DNA from: Trichoplax adhaerens
Lineage: Eukaryota > Animalia > Placozoa
DNA length: 64,000 bases
NCBI RefSeq assembly: GCF_000150275.1
Contig: NW_002060945.1
Location: forward strand, 3,890,059-3,954,058
Direction of reading: 5' to 3'
Under the pieces are notes generated by a model that was not told the origin of the DNA, made no database searches, and was given only the letters and a program-made list of their open reading frames with translations. The translations under genes and the position numbers were made by a program. This document shows, in pieces, positions 13,583 through 26,893 of this stretch (position 1 is the first letter of the stretch; each line of letters opens with the position of its first letter).

Positions 13583-14397
13583 GATTCGCCGAGATTTGAT
13601 AAAGCCATTTCAATTTAAACTAGGGCATCACGATTATTTCGTAAATTTTTAAAAATATTAATGTGAGCTTATATAAAATTTCTCATAAGACCTGAATTTA
13701 ACGAATATTTCATAATAAGGCTGTTTATATCTTATGCAAGCCGAGGTAACAATTTGCGTAATAAAAGTACTGATAGCTCTGGAATAGACTGCTTTTTATT
13801 ACACCATCTATTAATTTACATACTTTTAATTGACGGCAGTTTATTATTTAAATTGCTTTATAGTATGTTAAGTATAAACTTCTACGACATTACTATAAAA
13901 TATCAGTTCAATAACACAGATTTAGTAATGGGAAGGAATGATGTACAAAACCATAAAGTCACCTACATCAGATTTGATGTCGGTGATTGTTAGTGTTAAC
14001 TTTGCAGATACTTATTTGGATTAGGAGCTTCGTGCAATGTGCCAAGGATATCAAGGTGTGATTAATAAATTTAATGCAATTCTTGAAATATAAGGACGCA
14101 GTGGCATTTCATCGAACAGCTAAGAAATTATTGGCTTTGTACAAATAATCATAAGATATACTTACAAGAAATTGTAAACAGGTTGATAAATATCAAATCG
14201 TTCTTTTCAGTATTACCTACTGCATGTGAATATTATTACATCAGAATACTCGTAGATTGATGTATTAATAACGGTTATTTACTACGAAATAGATGTAATG
14301 CAGTAGACCTAATAGTGAGCGAAAGATTTTAGCTTTACGAAGAGGTTCATCGAAAAATATAGGTGCAGCGTAATTTTTAACTGTAAATATCTTGGAA

Positions 14398-17300
14398 CTA
14401 AATGCAAGATCCATCAATAGAATTCAATAGATCAATACATATAGTTTTAGCACAAATTGAAGTTAAATTTTTCTTAAAAAATAATTTATCCATAAATCGT
14501 GGCGAGATAAGTCGCATTGCTGGTAACAGCAACAATAACTTCGTGAAACGTTCCGTTCGTTCTTTTCTTCGATTGCGGCAGTAATTTTCAAGTAAGGATA
14601 GCATTCTATCATGATGATTTCCGATATCTTCACGGCGGACTAGCATAGCATGACAACGATCTGTTGCACATTACATAAAATCCAGTTTTATTGGCAGTAT
14701 AAAAATGGCTATCATATTACATAAGAAACTAGCTTGAGATTATTTATACCACTGTTATCTATGATTACTAAATACGACTAATCTTGCGATTTTATTGCTA
14801 TACTTTTGAAATAAACAACTACTATATTTAAATTAAGCATATTGCTCATGAATCTTATGAGAGCATACATAAACTACGAAGTAGATTTAAATGGGTACTA
14901 CACTACGTAGATTTATTTTTGTGCCTCAAAATAAGGCTGTATGCATCTCGATTATAGGATATGTCTAATGCCACTTACCAGATCTTAAAAACAGGATCAA
15001 CAGTAGAAATTCGTATTCATTCGAATCTAGTTGATAGCTGCTTAACTTAAAGTTAATATCCATCCATGTTCGGGTACTTAGAGTAATGTCTTTAATAATA
15101 TCAGCACCATCGAAATGGAGATCAAGAGATGCTATAATATCCTCAGTATTGAAAGTAAATCTCCAACGGTTAGCGAAGATAATAAATAAATCAACCCAGT
15201 TATATTCTATTAAAGTACTCAGATCTCGCGATAATAACCAATTTAATTGTGATGAAGATTTGACCCATTTTACGACATTGTTTAAGAGTTCGATTGCATT
15301 TCGATAGCTACTGGAAACGATTAAATAGTTTGCTTGCATAGATGTTGGTAGCGGAGGAATTATAGAATTTGGATGGTATCTAAGCCTTGAGTGATGATAG
15401 AAATTAGGCTGAATTGTTGATAAGGGTGCAGTAGTCGATGGCGTTGATGGTATAGAACTATAGCCTAATGGTGACACTGTTAGTGATGGCGGATAGTAGA
15501 TATTAGTTAAACTATTAAATGGGTAAGGCTGGCGATAGGAAATATCAGGTGGATTAGATCTACTGTTTGCTTGATTATTTGGCGATTCGTGTATTGATAT
15601 TGTCATACGCGGCTGTTGATGTAATGAAGCAGCATGCACCGATAACATTTTATTTCTTGCAGAGCGTGGTTCACGTTCATTTTGCACAGCTATAATGGAA
15701 GTTAATAGAGAATAATTTGAATACAATCTAATTTTAACAGCTTGCCTGTAGTAAATTATTGCAAAAATCGAATTTTACGTCAATCAGTTACGACAGTAAC
15801 GTGAATTAGCTATTACCTAAATATACTATCATATGATTTTTATTGATATTTAGTTATTACTATCTATCTGTTTATAAAGTCGTAAGTCAAGTTTACTGTA
15901 AAAATATGAGAATTTAGCTAGCAAAGCGGTTAGCCCAAGGCTAGTTTACTACAAAAATAATAAACTTTGATATGCGCTTATTATCACAGTATAATACCAA
16001 GTGTGGATTGACGTGTAAACTATAGCGCATTTCGTACATAAGAAATAAAGGTAAAGTTACACGCTGGTTACCGTGAACATGGTTACAAATGTTGGACTAG
16101 GGTAAGACATACGGTACTCGCGTACATTAAAATAGCCATCGTATTATGCTAATATTGATGGAATATGGTAGTTGTAACGTCAGCTAGACCAAATTTTAAT
16201 ATCATATTTCCAAAGCTATTAATGTTTTACTTGCAACGAAATTTGTTTCGAAAACTGAGCTGTGTAAAATATTTAATTTATTATTACATTATATACGCGT
16301 AAAAGCTATCGGCACTAGAAAGGCTTAAAAATAATGAATCTATAGTAATTTAAAATACATTTTCGGTTGAAATATCGTAACTATCAAGCTGTCATCTTCT
16401 TTATCACTACGTCATCATAGGGTGATAATTATAATTACTATATTGAAAAGGCAACCCTTTCAACGTAAATTCATAATGGTATAGCAGTGATAGGGGCAGT
16501 TATTTGGAATGACAGAAAAATTAAAATATGTCAAATCCTGTACATATGAAGACTTTAACCGACTACAATAATGGACTTACCATCTTTGTTCATATTTGCT
16601 TGCAGGCACTTTTTTAGACGACAGGCCTGACACTATACAGGATGAAAGAAATTATTATTTGGAAACTGGAAAACTGTCTGATAATATAATAATTATGGTA
16701 ACTCATTTTTCTTTATATAAAGATATAATCAATATAGTATTCCCGGTATTAAAAATTCTGATTGTAAACTTACTAGCATTTTTTAATTAAAATTTAGTTT
16801 ATACATATACCGTAAACGTATTGCTTAACACTTAGGTTTAATGCGTCTCTATATTTAACATTATGAGGACTTTATGGGTTATGCCAGTAAATATGTAATG
16901 AATATTTTAATACGAAAATGGTATGGAGTTAGTTGATAAATTGAAGTTGAAGATATTATGAACATCGGAAAAATAATCTAGATGGTATACACAGTTTTAT
17001 CAATGGTTCATCATAAGTAGGAACATTACAAACGTTATAATGACTATGCGTAAATTAATCTATAAAAGGAATCATTTTGAGCTCTTCTTTCGCTCTTGTG
17101 ATATATGATATTGACATAGCGTTTATTTTTTATCACGAGTTATATACGCGACGTATTGAAATAAACGATCATGATATGTTACTTTTTCTATGATGTGATG
17201 TGACCAAACATAATAAGTTTTACTAAATGTTACGGACTAAAGTTTGTACATTATTAAATATGGATAGAGTGAACGTATAAATGAAAGCTTTTCCTATAGT

Positions 17301-17924
17301 ATACGGATCAGTATCGCTTTAAGTGGACTGGCAAGGTTCACGCTGCTATTAGTTCACAAAACGTCTTAAAACTAACAACTTGGTTCATTTTCCTTTTCGG
17401 ACTCCACTGCAACCATCGCAAGCAAATATTCCGTAATGTCTACCTAATTGTAGAGCAATAACAGTGTAGAATTTAAGTACAATATTAAAAGGTATTAGAT
17501 TATAAATGTTCTCATTACATTATCGACGGGTTACTAAAAGTATAATCATATATGCTGGAGTTATATATGTATTACATGAATTCAAAATAATTTCAAAATA
17601 AATTTATAATAAATAATTTTGATAAGAAATCTTTCTGTCATTTAGTTAAAATACTACTATGCTAGATTTATGTTAAAGAACTTGTATAGCGCAAACGCCC
17701 ATACCTGATGACTTATCTCCACAGACACGACAAATTGCAGTTTCTCCCTGAATTGGTGTCTCTATCGCTATTCCAGATATAACATACAAGTGCGATATAA
17801 TAAAAGATGTTCATTTCATTTGTGTGAATTAGACCGTATTAACTAGCATAATCTTATATCGACCAGATCATTAATGTATAAATAAGATATATTAGAATTA
17901 GCTATACGGATTAAACTTACGCAT
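14398..17924 (-). CDS. Nuclear receptor of the NR2E group (PNR/NR2E3- and TLX-like) with incomplete DBD; exons 17924-17921, 17767-17705, 17443-17403, 16632-16581, 15689-14979, 14660-14398
   Basis: Exons encode [23 protein letters not shown], then [27 protein letters not shown] (NR2E T-box), then an LBD with VKWVK...LLSRDLSTLIEYNWVDLFI and RFTKLLLLLPAMRLISPRFMDKLFFKK. Splice phases are consistent. The FFKRS...CPVDK..RNQ segment was not found, and the donor after CSG (GTCCGA) is weak. Confidence 0.85.
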
Positions 17925-20900
17925 GACGTCAATTGAAATAAATGATTTAGACTGGATGTATGCAGTAAACTGATATAGCTGACTAAGGTAGCAGACGATT
18001 GATGATGATGATTTCTAATTAAATAAGGAATGGAAAAGTCGCTTTTCTACCGCTTTAAGAAAAGTTGGCAATTTTGACATTTAAACTTGAAAAATAGGTA
18101 CTTGTAACTACTGAACGGTGCAATGATTGAGAATAAATAAGCAGATAATCAATCTTGGTGTGTATTTATACAGCAAAATTTTAAGACAATGAGATAATTG
18201 TGGTTAAATTAGTGGTTAACCAGACAATATTTTACGTGAATGATTTCTTGATATGTATAACGATACAGTAGCCTAAGAAGTATTTGCATCAACCAAAAGA
18301 TTGATCTTGCATGCTATTGTTAATTTATTGTATTAGATGTTGATTTGTTTTGAAATGTTTTACCACCTGCAATAACAAATTCCAATTCAATATAGTCACC
18401 ATATCATATTCTAGCCTTTTTCAAGTATAGTTTTCTTATCAATGACTACTAGATTTCATATCACGTTACATTCTCATCCATAATTATTCTTATGGGCAGC
18501 AGCTTCAAAATTAAATGTTAATGAAGATTCCATTTTTTGTTTTATTTAGGTGCATATTCTACATAAGTAGTAGATTTTGGTAACGAAGTTCTCTATATGA
18601 TATTGAAAATGTTGATTATTAAATGTTTTTACAAATAATAAAATGGCTATAGATTAACTTATTTTGTAGTATTTTAATTAGTATGAGGCGTATTATCGCT
18701 TTATTATTATACTCTTGAAGAGGGACATAAATTCGAATGAAATCGCCATCAAGCTAAATTCCTATCATTAAAACGACAGCTTAAATGATTTGACTTTTTA
18801 ATTCATTCTTAAATCATGCATGCTTGATTAACTATTAATTCTGATTGATTCTAGGCTGAATAGCATTCAATTGATGTTAATGCATATTTTAATCATACAT
18901 ATCTGATAATCTAACTTTGATTCTATTCTTATTGAATAACTTACATTTTTTATTGATATTGTTGAAGTGAAAGTATGCTTAAATACAAGAGTATTTAATT
19001 AATTAGCTAAATACCGATATTAAATTCTATAATTCTATAGGTGATAATTTTGAGCAATCTCTGCGATGTCAGTGTTCGTATTATCTCTATCTAAGCAATA
19101 TTTGCTTGAAATAAGGTAAAATTTGAAAAGTAGAATTCGTCATTTCAAGTAATTTTTAAAGCCATGCTGCATTAAACCAAATCGGATAATAAGGCTTTCA
19201 ATTTTTTGTCAATTAAAAACTATCCATTATTTCTCATAAAACTTTAAACAAATAATTTTGTAAACGTACGTTATCTATTTAAATCGCTTAGTAACTCGTC
19301 GCTATTGTCTCGGTACGGTTCAATTTCAAGATTGATATTCTATTTGCGTTAGAATTTTAGACTGAGATTACTTCTAAATTCAACTTACAGGCTTCAAGTA
19401 AACAGACGTTGACGAAAAATTAATACGCGTGGCTCATACTGCCAACAGTGGCAATGTTTCTTTCTTTATTTATTTTCATGTTCTTATACAGCTTACAGAT
19501 TATAGAGCTATGTCCTTATTTCCAACCAGAATCTCTACAATGAACTATATGTAAATCTAAATACTGTAAATGATTAATTTTCCTATTCGAGTATTAATAA
19601 CTTAGAATTCTTTATATGATTGTATACTATTGTGAGTATCAAGGGTTCTTAATCGTTGCATTAGGACATACTGCTTTCTTGACAATATAACAAGAAGGAT
19701 TAGATTGAAAAATCAGCAATTATTCTATGGTTGTTTGTTGTTAGATGAAATGATGATTTCATAACATCATTACTTCTATCCGATCTATTGGCCCTTTATA
19801 TTGTATTTAATGCTATTTTGATTTGGCTTACTCATCTAGTCAATTGTTAGACTTTATTTTTATATTATTTACGATATTTGTATCATTGAATCACTTGGAC
19901 ATATTACTAAAATAGACTGTAACAATCAATTTTCTTTTATAGCTTGTCATTACATTCTTCCTGTCCACGTACAGCCTGAATTACGAGATATCATGACTGA
20001 GATTTGGAATGAACAGCTGAACACGGCTTCAAATGCTGTATAGTATAAGCATTGGTTATGGTAATAATTTAATCCTTTAATTTTGTGATAGATTACGATT
20101 GTTGCGCTATCATCACTTGCGTAATCCAAAATAGCTATAAATTAACAAAATATTTTGTTACTGGCTGCAATTATAAATTTATATAAATCCAGAATACTCA
20201 CTGAATAGATTAATAGCATAAAAAATGAAACATGAGCTAGAGATTCAAGAATTCATAACATTAACATTATGTTTGCTGAGTCAATCTGATCTAATGAATG
20301 ATTTCTTATTTTTGCCTTAAGGTCGTATTGATTATCTTGACGCATTAACGATTGATGTCATTTAATTATTGTATGCTAGAGGTCAAAAATAGAAAATTTA
20401 TAGGTTCAGATTTTAAGATCGAGGCATTTTTAACCGGATACATTACTGAATTTGCCTTATATGCTACTTATAGCAATTATAGGCCGTTAAATGATTTAAT
20501 TTAAGTGGCCTGAGGATATGTCGTATCTATAGAACCGTTGTTTATTGTCCATGTAAATGATACTAATATCAAAATTCTCGGAACTCGGAAAGCCTTGATT
20601 GGTTTTTCTTGGATGAATAAAATCTTAATGAAGGACTTGGAAATCATATCATACAAATACACAATGCAATAGATTAGCATTTCTACTAAAAGTGATCTAT
20701 ATTTCCATATTAAAGAATATGCGAGAAACAAAACTGTATTCGTATATTCATATGCTTGGAAGACTATAAATTCGTTGAAATTCAGTTAGCTAAAAATTTA
20801 ATACACTATTTCACAATTACATATCCATCCAGTTTTAGTCATCATTCTGCAGGCTCAAGTGATTAGTAGGATGAAAGCAATGAAAATCGATATTTTCGGT

Positions 20901-23900
20901 CGGATTATACAATATATTAAAACGGTCAAAGTCAACATCAAATAACCGCAACTATTCCTAGTAACAATAAGCGTAATTACTATTAAGTGTAGGTAAATCA
21001 ATCAGCAAGTATTGCCCACGGCAATTTTGATATAATTATGATGAAACAAAAGAGATGGAAAAAGATGAAGTATTACCCGGATTTCGGTTGTAGATACTAC
21101 CGGTATAACAGGCCATAATGAAGTCAATTTAAGATTATCGAAAAAGGAAAAGTCTTTATCATCCTTGAAATTACACTTAGTGGATATTTATTAAGTTTTC
21201 GATCTTTATAAATTAATAGCTGCATTACTTACTCTTATTTAGGCAAGTATGAAGTGATTATATAGGTACGTCTCAACGCTTGATTACCGTATAGTTACGT
21301 TGATGAACATTGAGTTGTTCAAAGCCGATATAGCATAGTATAGCGGCTGGGTAATCACAAAATAAATGACAAACTATAACCTGGATCCCACTTCTACGGA
21401 GTGTACTCAGTGTTTAGCTGCTACATCGAGAAAACTGTTTTTCAAGAAGTTACTTGTATACAAACAAATACATGTTTCTCATACCGCAAAATAAATGAAA
21501 GAATGAGAGCTGAAAATTATAAAGCTTGAAACTGAATCATTATTATAGATCAGTCAGTTGATTTAAGATTTGGTTATCTTTCGTGTTGCATTAAGCTTCT
21601 TTCAGCTAGCTAATGGCATACTTTCTGATGACTATAAGTATTCATATTGTGTGTTTTCGTATCATGTTATATAAATGTATATAACAAGCTATCGAAATAT
21701 TTACTAGACTGATTTATGGATGTTTACATAACCTAGCATTAGAATGAGCTGGCGGCCTGAATGAAGTTAGAATTTAACAGTTTAGTTGGATGAGAAGAGA
21801 TTGTATGTTCTTGGTTACAATATCGATGATTCCAAGATTACAGCGATCTATGGATTCGCTACTGTATAGTATTAGCCATGCTACAATCAGTGCGATACGC
21901 TATTCGTTGGTAGCTTCAGATTTGTATGGATTTTCTGGTGACTTTTTAAATTTGAGATATGCTCGTAAATAAATCAGCAATAGACTAAACATCGAACGTT
22001 ATATAGGAACCAGTAAAATTATTTTACCCAAAAACGAAATTCTTTTCCGAAACGATCTAATTTGGAATCGAAGTTGTTCGGAAGTCTACCTTCCAGCACA
22101 GGTATATAACATTTTATACGGTAGCTGATCTGTAATCGAAACCATTTCCCGTAATCAAAATGGCTCTATAGCTACCATATTCTGCAATTCATTAATTGTG
22201 GCGTTTCTATTGTGAAATTAAAGTAGTGATTTGTTTATATAAAACATTACAGTCTGATATCTGTATTTAGCTGCAAAATTCTTGGATAACCAATTTTTTC
22301 TGATAATCATCATGACCTTTCGTGTAACTCATATCGTAGTAGTCTGCAAGACGCGTAAACTTATAGTAGCGATTAATAGTATGGTATTGTATAATTTTAT
22401 TGCTGTAAATTTTCAATTGGATTTTAACTATTCTTTTAGCCTGTTTATTGTTAGTATACTCGTATGCGGCAGCAATGTTACAGAAATATTTTGGTTAAGA
22501 ATGATAACTATGAATAGCAATACAATTATTATTGGATTCTCTAATTATTTATTATTATTGATTATGGCTATTAATATCTAATATGATATCATGTCTGTGA
22601 TCAAAAAGAAGTTCATTACAGTTCGGATTTATAGTTTGCCGTTGAAGAGATGATAACATCAAACAACAAGTATGATCTTCTACGATGCTGCTAAGAACTG
22701 AACTCCAGAATTGCTCAGAATTGAGCAATCGTAATGCTTTTAAAATTTAATAATAAAAGATGATTGATAACAAAACAACAATAGTAACTTAATTCAGAGT
22801 AACATGTACCCTGGAGTTTATTGCTTTAGGCTTATAGTAACATTATTCTTCTCGAATTATACTATATCATTACCAGGTTTAATACCTACCCAATTATTGC
22901 TTAAATTGTATTGTTACCACCTTATCAGTACACATGTTTGTAATTAATGATACTCTTTTATTCCAGACAATACATTATAAGATCAGTAGGAAAATTTCGT
23001 GGGAAAACATCTGCATGAAAGTGATGGGGTTGGCTATTAATAGCATTCAAATTGCATCTTTATACTTATGATCGAGGCATTAAAAAATAACATTAAACGT
23101 CTTGATGTCTGACAGTTTAATACATTGATGTATTAATTATTAATCATATGACGGCACAAACCTATTGCGGTAGTAATATAGTTTGAGATCACGATAAGAA
23201 TATAATATTTTTATGATATGGCCATTAAGGGTACAGTATACCACCAATCTAGCATATTTAGTATGCTAGTTAACGATTGAAATCTAAACTCCAAATTTAA
23301 GTAGCAGCACTGCAACATTTATTAAATTCTCATCAAGTGATCATATATAGCTAGTTGATGATATAGCAGGAAGCAGTAACCTTTGTTAAAAGCATAGTGG
23401 AAAATTTAAAAAATCCTGGTCACCAAGACCTTCAACACCTATAATCTTACAGGAAATAAAATAAATATATTTATCAGATTTAAAAAATTTTTAATCATAA
23501 ATCCCATTTATAGGACATTGCGTAATTCTGGTAACAGTAAACGGTAATTTCCAGTAAATTCTTATGCTAAGCACAGATAAATTTTAAATATAATGAAGTA
23601 AAATAATAATTTCTCAAAGTTCATACAATGAAATGATTTTTAATAGCACCTGTACTACTGTAAATGAGCTTTTATTAATAACTTGTTACAGCAATTTGCG
23701 GTGTGGAGAAAATTTATTTGTTAGTGTTATCTAAACTTTAACAAATGCAATCGTGATGCACACGTAATTTTATATGAAACAGAATCTAGTAACTGAATGA
23801 TCCCCCATTTATATAGTTTAAAAAATGCAAGGGATGTATACCAAATTGATGTTATGTTTACTACATGATTAAGAACGAATTCAGCTATTCAAGATTATGT

Positions 23901-26254
23901 AATGCCATAAAAGAAAATTCAAAGAATTAAATACATCCTCAAGGCTAATTAAATCTTGATAAGAAAGTTAATTATATACGTATTGCCCTTTTAATACAAA
24001 ACTTGACTATTGTTGCACTAGATGCACCTGGATTGTATAGCAACGTTATTACTTTTCCCTTAGCTACTGTATCCTAAAAGACGACATGAAGATTTCTATC
24101 GTACAGATTTTTAACAGCTACTCTTAGAAACAGTAGCTAGATAATGTGTTTACAGTGTAGAAGATTTGATAATATTGTGATTACAAATCTACTTCATAAA
24201 GGAATCATATCTAGGAGAAAAAATAAAAGTATACGGCGCGATATGTGAGAGGCTATGGTTCAGTAGAATTAATGTTAAATTCTGTAGCAGGCTTAAGAAC
24301 TTTAGAATTGATTTTTAAAAGTTGGTAAATTGGTATTTTAACAAATTGTAGTATATAAATTCGAGAAATAAATAGAATTAGATTTATTTAAATGATAAAA
24401 AATGTGCATTCCGAATGAAATAAAATACGTACTTGAAAATTATAATGAGTGATAGTTGAGTTTTGATTTGGCTCTTTCAAGTAATCTATAGTTATGATCA
24501 CACTATAACACACCCATTGCAGTTATAGTTTTTAGACTTACCTGGCTGACGTATATTATATTATCATATATATCAGGTTAAAATATCATTCATCGATATT
24601 CTCTCCTGAGTCAGCTTAAGAACTACTGACGTTAGCACTGGTATAGTTTTATAATAATAAGATACTAGTTTTTTTTGGTAAGGATGCACTAATCTTATCT
24701 TTACCTTAGACAGTTACATTGGAGTTATAAGCATTGATATCATACTTGTATAGCTTTAAAATAGATAAGATTTTTAAGGAACGCTCGCACATGCTCAATC
24801 TTCTTTGGTAGATAAAAGAGGTACTTAAAAGTATTTTAGAAATGCATTGCATGAAAATAACTATCCTGTCTTTCGTATCTCTAATCTTAATACATAATAA
24901 TATAGTGTTAAATTAACGTTTTATCTTTCGCGTGTGAATGCGTAACAATTTGAGCATAAGGTATAGATAAAATTAAAGATATTATCACTCCTAGTCTTCT
25001 ACATTTAGGAAGCTACCAGCTTAGACATCGATTGATTTGATTTACTTGCTAATATTGAAAGATGATGCAGCTAAAGCTGTAATATTAATGGTTCTCAAGA
25101 AAACGCAATGCCGTCGATACTCTATTGGACTAATAATTTATTGCACGAGCCACGTAACTGCAGGCACCGATAACTGGACTGATGTTTTACATACGAATAC
25201 ACAGAGATAGCGTGCAGGTACATCTACAATAGCTTAATCTACGGCTTAGGTTGTGGCATAATGTGTTGTATATAATATACACGGACATACCGTATATGTT
25301 CCTAATATGTAATCTGTTTTTCGCATTTATGGTGATCTAAGATTCGACTTAACAATCCTGTACAGTATAGTTATTCCATGTGCTCAGTATAATAATATGG
25401 GCATGTAAATATGAAATATGTGAATTGTATCACTAATAAAACTCTACAGGATTAAATAATTGTTATAAGGCATAAATCGATAAATAAGACGCGATATTAC
25501 GTTATCGGTGGTAGAGTACACATATGCTCTACAGCAAGAATCATGTCTTTACAATATACGCTCCTTAAGTGAATATATCTATACTTAAACTATTGCCTTA
25601 GTAAAGTATAGATCAAAACGATGCACATAACGGTGTAGAGTTCAATGTTTGTGATCATGTAATTCATTATTAATTGAATTCATCAAACCCATAAATAATT
25701 ACATCACAATATGATACTTTTTCGACTTGTATGGAAATATAGTATGTAAAGCATGCCATCGTACGTTTAAAGCACTGTAAGTTATTAGGAATAAATACGG
25801 TATATTGCAAAAGCGTGTAAGATCCATTATCACTGGAGAAAACATGAAATAGCACGTACCTTGGACGTTATGAAGTCTCAATGGTTAACTACTAAACTTA
25901 CCAAGGACTACCTGCCTTCAGTCTACAACTGTCTAACTTATTACATGAGAACGTACAATTTATATATACAATTCTTAAAATTTTACAGATTAAAACGAGT
26001 TTATTTAATACTTGTATTTGTTGCGGAGCGGAAGCTACTGTATTCTGTCATACGCACAGAGGGTGCAAGGCATGTCTTTAACTATTTCACGGTGTCTAAT
26101 TTATTTGTTTTACGATTACATCAATTAATGATTTATTATTTCACATTGTAGCACAGAATAGATCTACTAGGTCTAATAGGCCATAGCTTATATGTATATA
26201 TAACATATATATATAGTCGTATATGCATAATAGTTTCTGGATGTAAGCAAGGAT

Positions 26255-26517
26255 GAAAATCTTTTAGTAAACATACTTTCATGAATGAATTTCGACTGCT
26301 AAAAAATTTCAATTGGGATCATCGCCTAAACTGTTCAGAGCATTTGATTATATAGAATATAGAATATATTCAACTTATATTTAAATCTTACATACATAAA
26401 CAGTCTCTGGATATAGACAATGGAAAAATCTTTTAGTAAAGAATTTCAAACGGGATCATTGCTTCAACTGCTCAGGTTATTTGATTATCGTTAATTCAAG
26501 TTATATTTAAATCTTGT
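26255..26517 (+). repeat. Degenerate local direct repeat, two copies (~26255-26392 and ~26424-26517)
   Basis: Shared blocks AAAATCTTTTAGTAAA, AATTTCAA..GGGATCAT, ATTTGATTAT and ATTCAA.TTATATTTAAATCTT. Confidence 0.6.
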
Positions 26518-26893
26518 AATCATAGATAGCAGACATTGCTACTGCGGTCTACATTGTCATGACGCTTAACTTCATACGCATGCCTGCATATAGAACAAGG
26601 TCAACTTAGCCTTTTTAGCTTTCATACTATAGTTGATAGGATTATCATTCCTTCGACCCGCTGAGAATAGTTCACCAGTATATATATTGTAGCAAAAACA
26701 GTGCATAAATAACTTTTTAAGGTAAATCAATAGCTAGGGTAGAAATTTCAGTTGTCGTTATAGATGTTACAGTGTATGCAGTCCCAGCTACGCAAAAGAT
26801 AAAATGTTTCCGGTACACATAATTTACTGCATGTGGGCAGAATTAAAATTTAGGCGTAGACTTATTTAAATCTCTTTCCACGTCAATTTCCTT

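Noticed and set aside
16985-17225. Candidate missing D-box exon of the receptor (CLVTSHHRK near 17210-17183; TIDKT near 17007-16993)
   Set aside because: In-frame stops lie immediately upstream and the splice sites or phases do not fit the CQACRL exon. Could be chance or decayed remnants.
18000-26200. Short AT-rich ORFs (20501, 21790, 22282, 25670-26151)
   Set aside because: No recognisable domains; composition typical of random ORFs in AT-rich DNA.
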